Positions 44,964-53,602 of a DNA stretch of 64,000 nucleotides are shown one piece after another; position 1 is the stretch's first letter, and each line of letters opens with the position of its first letter. Under the pieces are notes generated by a model. It had not been told where the DNA came from, did no database searches, and saw only the letters and a list, made by a program, of their open reading frames with translations. Origin of the DNA: Candidatus Multivorans sp. (GTDB lineage: Bacteria; Acidobacteriota; Thermoanaerobaculia; Multivoradales; Multivoraceae). A program made the translations under genes and the position numbers. Where the stretch lies: assembly GCA_965224025.1 (NCBI GenBank), contig OZ245033.1, positions 800,001-864,000 of the forward strand, read 5' to 3'.

Positions 44964-45875
44964 ATGCCTAGCCGTTCCATGGCAGCGTCTCTCCTTCGCC
45001 GCCGATCCCGTTCTCTTGGAACCGCCGTTCTCGCGGTCGTGCTACTGAGTGCGTTCTCGGTGCTCGCGGCGTCTCCGGCCGATGCCTGCACCTGCATGGG
45101 GTTGGATCATTGGGGCTTTCTGGCGCCGGAGAACGGACGTTTGCCTGCAAACGCGGTTGGCGTCGCATGGCACAGGCCCGTCCGGTCGAAGTCCATCTCA
45201 TTGGTCCTGGCGCAGGTCTCGGTGGAGATGCAACAGGACGATGCCTTCCACCAAGTGCCGGCGACGGCTGAGGCAGTTCCTGGCTTCCCCGGCGTATTCG
45301 CCATCGGGCCGCGGGACGGGTTCAGAGTCGGCATGACCTACAGGTTCACGGATCACGGCGAGCGCAGAGGCAAGGTGCCTCGGCAGGTGCTGGTGACGAT
45401 CGACGGTGCCAGACTGGAAGCCACGACACCGTTGTCTCTGAGAATCTGGCCGCTCTACTCGGAGATGATCAGTGTGTTGACCACGGGAGGCTCCTGCAGC
45501 ACCGCGCTATGGGTCGCTCAGGCTCTCACCGAAGTCACGCTGCCGGAGGTTGCCAGCGAATGGAGGGACCAACTCCTGTACCGGACGCTGGTCGACGGTG
45601 AAGTCTGGCGCGGCTCGGTTTCCCTGTGCGTTCACTATCTTCCTGGACGAACCTGGAGGAAGGTCGGCGAAGACCTCGTCTTCGCCGCCTGCCCCAAGCC
45701 GTCCGGTCGTGGCCAGACTGAAACAGGGATCGCCTATAGCGAGGACGGGGGCCACCGGGGGCTCAGTGCAGCCCAACACGCCGTCAAGGTGCAAGCGTTC
45801 CTACCGGGAACCGATGTCGTGCTTGAGACGGAGACGCTCACGGTGGACCTGAGCTGCCCAGGTCATCTGGAATGA
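44964..45875 (+). CDS. Secreted hypothetical protein
   Basis: Signal peptide ending ADA followed by CTC. Confidence 0.6.
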   Translation: MPSRSMAASLLRRRSRSLGTAVLAVVLLSAFSVLAASPADACTCMGLDHWGFLAPENGRLPANAVGVAWHRPVRSKSISLVLAQVSVEMQQDDAFHQVPATAEAVPGFPGVFAIGPRDGFRVGMTYRFTDHGERRGKVPRQVLVTIDGARLEATTPLSLRIWPLYSEMISVLTTGGSCSTALWVAQALTEVTLPEVASEWRDQLLYRTLVDGEVWRGSVSLCVHYLPGRTWRKVGEDLVFAACPKPSGRGQTETGIAYSEDGGHRGLSAAQHAVKVQAFLPGTDVVLETETLTVDLSCPGHLE

Positions 45876-45949
45876 AGCGAACGTCCGTGACACGGCGTCA
45901 CCGACCGCTTTGCTAGCTGACTCTGTTGGAACCGCTGTTCGCTGACGGT

Positions 45950-47359
45950 TCATCCTCCGTCGCTGGTCACCGGCTCCGTTGTCTCCTTCGGCTCCCGCCC
46001 GGAAGGCAGGACCCTTCCCTCCGGGTAGTCGGCGCCGGTGATGCTCTTGTCCACCGACCGGTTCCAGGCATCCAGCTCCGAGCGCATGCGGGCGGCGATC
46101 TCGGGCTGCTGTTCGATGAGGTTCTGCTGTTCCTCGGGATCGTCGATCACGTTGTAGAGCTCGAAGGCCTCGGGTGAGTCGGCGGTGTAGTTCCTGACCA
46201 GCTTGACGTCGTTGTCGAGCCAGGCGAGGCCGCCGCTGGCGCGGAAGCCGATGGGCTGGTCCCTGCGGGCGGGCTCGGAGTCGAAGACGTCGGCGATGGA
46301 GATGCCGTCGTGGACGGCGTTGATCGACGCCGGTTCGAGCTGGGCTACGTCGATAAGGGTCGGGAAGATGTCCATCGTGCTGGCGGGGAAGTTCGTGATT
46401 CTCGGAGCGATGCCGCTTGGCCATTCGATGATCGTCGGCACGCGCAGGCCGCCTTCGTAGAAGTCCTTCTTGAAGCCGCGCAGGTGGCCGGTGGTGTCGG
46501 GGCGCACGCCGAGGTGCTCGGGGCCATAGTCGATGTTGGGCAGGCCGCCGTTGTCGCTGGTGAACCACAACAGGGTGTTGTCGGCGATGCCGAGTTCGCG
46601 CAGGCCCTCGCGGAGGGAGCCGATGGAGCGGTCCATGGCGACGATCTCGGCGTGGTGGGTCCTGGAGCCGTCGTCCAGCTCCGCGAAGGGCTCTTCGTCT
46701 TCCGGGAAGGCGCCGAAGGGCCGGTGCGGGGAGGCGTACCAGATCACCGCGAGCGTGGGTTTGCCGCTTTCCGTCTGCTCCGAGATGTAGCGCAGCGCTT
46801 CGGCGACCAGGACTTCCGACGAGTCGCCCTCGAACTGCTTCGGCACGCCGTTCTCGCTGAGCAACGGGTCCAGGTTGAACTGGTTCGTGTGGCTCAGCCA
46901 GTAGTCGAAGCCGAGTTCGCCGGGGTTGTGGGGATCGTCCGCGGGGAGCGGATTGTCCCCGCTCGGGTGGACCTGGTTCAGGTGCCACTTGCCGAAGTGC
47001 GCCGTCGCATAGCCGGCTTGCCGGAACGCCGCGGCGAGCGTCTTCTCCTGCTTGTTGATCGAGTCGCCGACGCGGAAGGCCCCGGTGCGATCGTTCGTGC
47101 GGCCCGTGATGACCGTTGCCCGGGTCGGTGTGCAACTCGGTGCGCCGGCGTAGAACCGGTCCATGCGCAGGCCGGCGCCGGCCATGGCGTCGAGATGGGG
47201 CGTCTTGAGCAGTGGATGGCCGTAGTAGCCGGTCTGCGCCCAACCCATGTCGTCGGCCATGAGCAGTATGACGTTGGGCGGGTCGTCGCCGGCTTCGGGT
47301 TGGCTGGCGCAGGCCGCGATCAGCAGCACGGGGAAGAATCGGCCGAGGGGTTTCACCAT
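45950..47359 (-). CDS. Sulfatase (arylsulfatase-like), putative lipoprotein
   Basis: PNVILLMADD, CTPTR, GKWHL, SDNG, YEGGLRVP motifs; IAAC lipobox. Confidence 0.93.
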   Translation of the reverse strand: MVKPLGRFFPVLLIAACASQPEAGDDPPNVILLMADDMGWAQTGYYGHPLLKTPHLDAMAGAGLRMDRFYAGAPSCTPTRATVITGRTNDRTGAFRVGDSINKQEKTLAAAFRQAGYATAHFGKWHLNQVHPSGDNPLPADDPHNPGELGFDYWLSHTNQFNLDPLLSENGVPKQFEGDSSEVLVAEALRYISEQTESGKPTLAVIWYASPHRPFGAFPEDEEPFAELDDGSRTHHAEIVAMDRSIGSLREGLRELGIADNTLLWFTSDNGGLPNIDYGPEHLGVRPDTTGHLRGFKKDFYEGGLRVPTIIEWPSGIAPRITNFPASTMDIFPTLIDVAQLEPASINAVHDGISIADVFDSEPARRDQPIGFRASGGLAWLDNDVKLVRNYTADSPEAFELYNVIDDPEEQQNLIEQQPEIAARMRSELDAWNRSVDKSITGADYPEGRVLPSGREPKETTEPVTSDGG

Positions 47360-47524
47360 GCGATGGCTCCAGGAGTTGTTCCGCTGTGGGGATAGTTCTC
47401 CGCGCGGAGTCCGTCTATCCTAAGGTCGCACCGGCGCCGGAAAGCCGGGCTGGTCCCGGGTGGCCCCTCGGGGCGTGGGGTTAACCTAGAAGCCGATGTA
47501 ACACTCTCTAGCTGGAGGACGAAA

Positions 47525-48055
47525 ATGCACAAGTACCGAGCAGTAGTTCCGCTGATCTTCACGGCCCTCCTGGTCACGGCCCTTCCCGCTGTGGCGCAGC
47601 GCGGAGACGACTCCGCCAGGGCGAGCAAGAACGGCAAGGTGGAGGGGACGATCGACGGCGTCACGGTGACGCTGGAGTACGGACGCCCCAACGTGAAGGG
47701 CCGGACGGTCTGGGGCGACCTGGTCCCCTACGGCAAGGTCTGGCGTACCGGCGCCGACGAGGCCACCACCATCACCTTCAGCGCCGACGTCGAGATCGGC
47801 GGTGAGACGCTGGCCGCCGGCACCTACAGCCTCTACACCGAGCCGGGCGAGAACGAGTGGACCGTCATCTTCAACAAGGTCGCAGACGAGTGGGGCACCA
47901 GGTATGACGCCGGCCAGGACGCGCTGCGGGTGACCGCCACCCCGAAACCCATCGGGGAGCATGTGGAGGAGATGGAGTTCGTGATCGTGGATTCGTGGGT
48001 CGCGCTGCAGTGGGAGAGGCTCGCGGTGCCGTTCGAGGTGAAGAAGGCCGGCTGA
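47525..48055 (+). CDS. DUF2911-domain secreted protein
   Basis: YGRP..KGR.VWG.LVPYGKVWRTGA, AGTYSLYT.P motifs. Confidence 0.88.
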   Translation: MHKYRAVVPLIFTALLVTALPAVAQRGDDSARASKNGKVEGTIDGVTVTLEYGRPNVKGRTVWGDLVPYGKVWRTGADEATTITFSADVEIGGETLAAGTYSLYTEPGENEWTVIFNKVADEWGTRYDAGQDALRVTATPKPIGEHVEEMEFVIVDSWVALQWERLAVPFEVKKAG

Positions 48056-48147
48056 GGAGCGTGCGCCGCAAAACGTAGGGTGCGCCGATCTTTCTGCCGC
48101 GCACGCCCATGACGCGGCGAAACCAGTCGGCGTAGCGGCGGCAGTCG

Positions 48148-48245
48148 GAAGGCGATTCGCCGTACGCCGTCTACGGCGTCGAAGTGCGCGTCGTTGCTGA
48201 GTACCGGAAGGGCGTGTTGGCGGCACAGCGCGTCGATCCAGCCAA
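48148..48245 (-). pseudogene. PIN/VapC toxin C-terminal fragment
   Basis: WI.ALCRQH.LPVLS.DAHFD.V.G pattern. Confidence 0.6.
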
Positions 48246-48408
48246 ACCAGGGACCGCCGTACCGTAGCGGTGTGGTAAAGTCCCAAACTCCTACCAAGCG
48301 AGGAAGGCTGTCTTCCTGGACAGCGAGTACCGCATGGTGGTGTACCCGTGCCACAGCGAGGTTCCCCAGCGGTTCCAACGGTTGGGAGGGATCCTTGGCG
48401 AGGAGGCC

Positions 48409-50601
48409 ATGGTACAAGCGAGTTCCGCCGTCTCTCTGCAGTGGCCGGGATCGGTCCGTTTCGGACCGTTTCGCTTCGACCGCGCCTCCGGCATCCTCTC
48501 TCGCGGCAGCGAGGAGCTCTTTCTGCCGCCGCGAGCACTCAACGTACTTCAGGTTCTCGTGGACCGGTGCGGCGAGGTGGTGTCCAAGGACGAACTGGTC
48601 GAGGTCGTCTGGCACGACGCCGCGGTCACCGACCAGTCTCCCGCCGAAGCGATCGGAGTGGTGCGGGAGGTCCTGGGTGACGACTCCCACCATCCGACGT
48701 ACATCCAGACGGTACATCGACGCGGCTACCGCTTCATCGCCGACGTGGAGCCGGATGCCGAGGAGACCGCTCCCGCCGGGCCCGAGTTGCTCGGTCCTGT
48801 CGACCCGCGCGGGGTGCTCGCCGTCGCCCCGGCCGAGGCGATCCGCCCGAAGCTTCTGACGCCAACGGTCCTCGCGGTCGCCGTAGCGGTGCTGCTCGCC
48901 GCTGGGGTCGGGTTCTCCGTCTGGACTTCCCGTGGTGTCGACGGGCCGCGGGCGCCGGTGCTCCACCTGCCGGTCCCGCTTCCCTATCCGGTCCTGCCCG
49001 CCACCCCGACCAGCGTGGCGCTCTCTCCCGATGGCACCCGCCTGGTTTACCGGGCCGCTCTCGACGGCGGCGACGGTCTCTTCGTTCTCCACCTCGACCG
49101 CTTGGACCAACGTCCACTCGAGGGCACAGAGGGCGGCTTTGGCCCATTCTTCTCCCCCGACGGCCAGTCGGTCGGCTACTTCAACGAAGAGGGCCACCTG
49201 CTGAAGATCTTCCTGAGCGGCGGGCCGCCCGTGGAGGTGGCCAGAGCCACCGAGGGTCCGGTGAGCGGCGCCAGTTGGGCGGACGACGGTACGATCGTGT
49301 TCGCCAAGGGCCCACGTTCGAAGCTTTGGCGCGTCTCGGCAGAGGGTGGCCGACCGACGCTGTTGGCGGCTCCGGACCCCAGCACCGGCGAGAACGGTTA
49401 CCTCTGGCCGGAGGTTCTTCCCGGCAGCGAATGGGTCCTGTTCACGGTCGAGCCGGTGGGCATCGCCGGAGTCGAAGACTTCAGACTGGCGAGCCTGTCA
49501 CTACAGACCGGAGAGCTGCGTCGCCTGGAGGTGGGAGGCGGCATGCAGCCTCGCCGGTTGGGAAGACGGCAACTGGTCTTCGCCCGCCGCGCCTCGCTCT
49601 TCGCCGCGCCGTTCGACCCGGACGGACCCGAGGTGACCGGTCCGGCCGTGCCCATCGTGCAGAACGTGATGACGCTCAATCGGGGCGCCGGCCAGTTCGC
49701 GGTGAGCGTGGCCGGAGTCCTGGCGTACGTGCCGGGGGACGCCCTCGCCAGCACCCTGCATTGGGTCGGCGGAGATAGCGAGGAGGAGGTGCCGGTGCTG
49801 CAGGGCAGGCTCGGGCGCCACCGGCTCTCGCCGGACCACCGCTTCCTGGCACTGGAGATCGACGGGGACATCTGGATTTCCGACCTCCAGCGGGATGCCC
49901 TGACGCGCTTCACCACCGACGAGGCGGGCGAGTTGCTGCCGCTGTGGGCGAGCGACGGTGCCAGCCTGGTCTTCTCGTCCAACCGTGAGGGGCCCCTCAA
50001 CCTCTTCATCAAGCCCGTCGACGGAACGGGCACGGAGGCCGTACTGCTCCGCAGCGCCTACCCCAAACTGGCCGATTCCTGGTCCTCGGACGGCCGCTGG
50101 CTCGCCTACACCGAGATTCACCCGGATACCGGGCGCGACCTGTGGCTGCTGCCGATGCCGGAGGCCGGAGAGGCGCGGCCGCTGCTGCGGACCGGCTTCG
50201 ACGAGTCGCAGGCGAGCTTCTCTCCGGACGGGACCTGGGTCGCCTTCGTCTCCAACGAGCCCGGCACCTTCGAGGTGTTCGTGCAGCCGTTCCCCCAGCC
50301 GGGTCCGCGCTATCAGGTCTCCACCGGGGGCGGCAGCTCCCCACAGTGGTCGCCGTCGGGAGACGAGCTGTTCTTCGCCGTCGGCGAGACCCTGATGGCG
50401 GTCACGATCGAGTCGGCGTCGCCGTTTCGGGTGGGGGCGCCGCGCCGCGTCCTCGACATCCCCAACAGCAACTCCTTCTTCGCCGTGGGCCCGGAAGGCC
50501 GGCGCCTGCTGGTGGGCAAGCGGCAGCAGTCGGTCCGGCCGGACAGGCTGCACCTGGTCACCAACGGCGCCTCCCTGGTTCCTGCCTCGACGCGGGAGTG
50601 A
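48409..50601 (+). CDS. Winged-helix (CadC/OmpR-type) regulator with TM helix and TolB/PD40 beta-propeller
   Basis: RFGPFRFD, VVSKDEL, YIQTVHRRGYRF; one TM helix; repeated SPDG motifs. Confidence 0.9.
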   Translation: MVQASSAVSLQWPGSVRFGPFRFDRASGILSRGSEELFLPPRALNVLQVLVDRCGEVVSKDELVEVVWHDAAVTDQSPAEAIGVVREVLGDDSHHPTYIQTVHRRGYRFIADVEPDAEETAPAGPELLGPVDPRGVLAVAPAEAIRPKLLTPTVLAVAVAVLLAAGVGFSVWTSRGVDGPRAPVLHLPVPLPYPVLPATPTSVALSPDGTRLVYRAALDGGDGLFVLHLDRLDQRPLEGTEGGFGPFFSPDGQSVGYFNEEGHLLKIFLSGGPPVEVARATEGPVSGASWADDGTIVFAKGPRSKLWRVSAEGGRPTLLAAPDPSTGENGYLWPEVLPGSEWVLFTVEPVGIAGVEDFRLASLSLQTGELRRLEVGGGMQPRRLGRRQLVFARRASLFAAPFDPDGPEVTGPAVPIVQNVMTLNRGAGQFAVSVAGVLAYVPGDALASTLHWVGGDSEEEVPVLQGRLGRHRLSPDHRFLALEIDGDIWISDLQRDALTRFTTDEAGELLPLWASDGASLVFSSNREGPLNLFIKPVDGTGTEAVLLRSAYPKLADSWSSDGRWLAYTEIHPDTGRDLWLLPMPEAGEARPLLRTGFDESQASFSPDGTWVAFVSNEPGTFEVFVQPFPQPGPRYQVSTGGGSSPQWSPSGDELFFAVGETLMAVTIESASPFRVGAPRRVLDIPNSNSFFAVGPEGRRLLVGKRQQSVRPDRLHLVTNGASLVPASTRE

Positions 50602-50782
50602 CCGGCCCTTCCGGCGCTTAGGAACTCCTTAGCGCAAGTTTCCAGTCTTCTTCGAGCCGACTTTGAGACTGGTGCCCGGGCGCTGCATAGCGTACTGGCG
50701 GGAAAACAGAAGATCCCGACAACTCCAGGGTCATCGTGCCCGCCAGTTCAGCCGCGGTGGCTCCGGTCAAGGAGGAGGCACC

Positions 50783-53578
50783 ATGAAGGTCTCACCGCTT
50801 CGCTGCTCTTCGGCCCTCGACCCGCGCCTGCGCCCGCTGCCGCTCTGCGTGCTGGCGGCCGGCCTGCTCTTGCTGGCTCCTGTCCTGCCCGCGGCCGCCC
50901 AGACCACGGCGACAACGGCGAGCATCTCGGGCTTCGTCACCAACGCCAGCGGGGAGCCGCTCCCCGGGGTTACCGTCCTGATCGAGGATGTCGAGCGCGG
51001 CATGAGCATCACGCGCGCGACCGACCAGAACGGCTATTTCGTGCTCCCGAACGCCAGTCCTGGGCTGTATTCCGTCAGGCTCACCCTCGACGGTTATCAG
51101 GAGATGGTCTACGAGGACATCGATGCAGGTCCCAACGCCCGGCTCCGTTTCGAGTTCGAGCTGCAGCCGCAGGTGGAGGTGCAGGAAACGGTAACGGTGA
51201 GCGCCCGGGCGCCGGCGATCGAAACGAGCGAGGCGGCGATCAAGAGCACGATCTCCTACGATGAGTTCGACAAGCTACCGGTGCTCAGCCGCAACTTCCA
51301 GGAGGTGGTGGACATCCTGCCCGGCGTCACCAAGACCGGGGCGAACTTCAACATCGCCGGCTCCCGCAGCAACCAGAACATCTTTCTGATCGACGGCGCA
51401 CGCAACAACGACTTGAGCGGCACCTCGACCCGCTTCAGTCAGAGCGTCTACTTCATCGTCGCCTCGCAGAACCCCGACGATCCGACCGTGGGCCTGCAGA
51501 CCGGCTTCAACCTGCAGTCGTACAACCTGGACGCCATCGCCGACATCCAGGTCGTCACCTCCGCCTACTCGGCCGAGTTCGGGCAGGGTTCCGGAGGGGT
51601 GATCAACCTCATCACCCGGGCGGGCACAGACCAGTTGAAGGGCGGGGTCACGCTCAACTACCAGGACGACTCGTTGAACGACGACGAGTCGTTCGACACG
51701 TTGGGGCGCTCCCAGACTTCTCTCTCGCTGGGTGGCCCGATGGTCCGGGGCCGGAACTGGTACTTCGTCAGCTATGAGCGGGACGACTACGAAGTGGGGT
51801 TCGACAACCGGCGCATCGCCTATCCGGGCGAACCGCATGGCGCAAAGATCCGCTCGTTCGTGCTCGACACCGACCTCCTGCAGAGCGATACCAGCCAGGA
51901 TCGCTTCGCCTCGAAGTTCTCGTTCCAGATCAACGACGACAACCTCCTCAACCTCACCGTCAACGTCAACAAGGAGACATCGCTCTTCAACCAGGCCATC
52001 AACCGTCCCTCGGTCGACCAGATCGAGCCCCGCCACGGCGCCAACGACAGCATCAGCCTGCTGCTCAACGACTACCACACGCTGTCCGACCGGAAGTTCG
52101 TCCATAGCCTGCTGCGCTACGGCGAGACGGACCGCAGGAGCCGCTCCGACCTCGGCGTCGACGGCTACCAGCCGATCATCGTCAACGATGCAGGGAGGTT
52201 CATCGACTACTACGTCACCGGCGCGTTCGGCGAGGTACTCGATGCCCAACTGGACGTGTTCGAGTGGAAGGAGACCCTGACCTGGCTGACTGAAAGCCAT
52301 GCCGTCAAGTTCGGCTTCGACTGGGAGCGTTTCGAAGAGGATCTGCTCGTGCCGGCGCGCGAACTGTTCGTGTCGCACAACGTGGACGCTGGCGGCAACG
52401 TGATCCCGGTGAGCGGGTCGGTGGCGCCGCCAGATGCGCTGTTCGTCTTCTACTCGACCGGTACGCCTATCGATCAGCAGGCCAGCGTGGCGCTCAACAC
52501 CTACTCCACCTTCGGCCTCGACGACTGGAGCATCAACCCTCGCTGGACCCTGAGCTACGGCCTGCGCTACGACTACGACGACTTCCTCGAGAACCACGAG
52601 TTCTCGCCGCGTATCCACACCGCCTACGCCGCCAGCCCGCGGCTGGTCGTCCGGGGTGGCGCCGGAATCTTCCGCGATCGCTCCACTCTGCTCTCCACCG
52701 AGGAGGACACCGTGGTCCGCTCGCGTGGCCTCAGTTGGAACAAGGCCACCGGGCTGCCGTTCTCCGACCCGAACGTGCTGCCGGACGACAACGGGTTCCT
52801 GACCGACAACTTCAACTCGCCGATCACCAACCAGGCCAACATCGGTTTCGAGTACGACCTGGGCAACAGCTACGTCCTCGGAGCCAACTACATCTACAAG
52901 GACTTCGAGGATCTGGTGTGGACCGAGATCATCAACAAGCGGTCGATCGAGGGTTTACCCACCGATCCTTTGATTCCCGTCAACTCCAAGCTGATCGGCA
53001 ACTTCGGCTACCTGGAGGACCAGCTTCTCGAGGTGGTGTTCCGCAAGCGTTTCTCCGGCGGGGCCTACTTCAACTTCAACTACACACTGGAGGACACCGC
53101 GGGCAACACCTCCCAGGAGGTAGCGGCGCGCAACGAGACGGTGGTCAACTCCATCGTCGAGGCGGAGAGTCAGAGCGAGCGACGACATCCGGCGGACTAC
53201 GAGGTCGAGCACGCCCTGAAGGCCTCGGGCGTCTTTCTGCTGCCGTGGGGCATCAACGTCTCCACGGTGGCCAAGTACCGGACCGGAAGGCCGTGGACGC
53301 CCGAGGAGCGGATCGGCACCCCGTTCGCGTACTTCATCGCGCCCGAGGGAATCAACGCCCGCAACCTGCCCGACGAGTTCCAGTGGGACGTGCGGCTGGC
53401 CAAGTCGTTCCAGCTTGGCAACGACAATGTGCTCGAGATCTACGGGGACCTGTTCAACGTCACCGACCGTGACAACGTGCGCTCGGTGAACCAGATCATC
53501 ACGTTCGCCGGCTACGCCGAGCCGACCTCGTTCAAGCTGCCGCGCACGGTCCAGCTCGGCATCAAGTACCGCCACTGA
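50783..53578 (+). CDS. TonB-dependent receptor (Oar-like)
   Basis: Signal peptide, ISGFVTNASGEPLPG, YSAEFGQGSGGVIN, C-terminal PRTVQLGIKY. Confidence 0.92.
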   Translation: MKVSPLRCSSALDPRLRPLPLCVLAAGLLLLAPVLPAAAQTTATTASISGFVTNASGEPLPGVTVLIEDVERGMSITRATDQNGYFVLPNASPGLYSVRLTLDGYQEMVYEDIDAGPNARLRFEFELQPQVEVQETVTVSARAPAIETSEAAIKSTISYDEFDKLPVLSRNFQEVVDILPGVTKTGANFNIAGSRSNQNIFLIDGARNNDLSGTSTRFSQSVYFIVASQNPDDPTVGLQTGFNLQSYNLDAIADIQVVTSAYSAEFGQGSGGVINLITRAGTDQLKGGVTLNYQDDSLNDDESFDTLGRSQTSLSLGGPMVRGRNWYFVSYERDDYEVGFDNRRIAYPGEPHGAKIRSFVLDTDLLQSDTSQDRFASKFSFQINDDNLLNLTVNVNKETSLFNQAINRPSVDQIEPRHGANDSISLLLNDYHTLSDRKFVHSLLRYGETDRRSRSDLGVDGYQPIIVNDAGRFIDYYVTGAFGEVLDAQLDVFEWKETLTWLTESHAVKFGFDWERFEEDLLVPARELFVSHNVDAGGNVIPVSGSVAPPDALFVFYSTGTPIDQQASVALNTYSTFGLDDWSINPRWTLSYGLRYDYDDFLENHEFSPRIHTAYAASPRLVVRGGAGIFRDRSTLLSTEEDTVVRSRGLSWNKATGLPFSDPNVLPDDNGFLTDNFNSPITNQANIGFEYDLGNSYVLGANYIYKDFEDLVWTEIINKRSIEGLPTDPLIPVNSKLIGNFGYLEDQLLEVVFRKRFSGGAYFNFNYTLEDTAGNTSQEVAARNETVVNSIVEAESQSERRHPADYEVEHALKASGVFLLPWGINVSTVAKYRTGRPWTPEERIGTPFAYFIAPEGINARNLPDEFQWDVRLAKSFQLGNDNVLEIYGDLFNVTDRDNVRSVNQIITFAGYAEPTSFKLPRTVQLGIKYRH

Positions 53579-53602
53579 GGAAGCTGGCGAGCCAGCCAGG
53601 GA

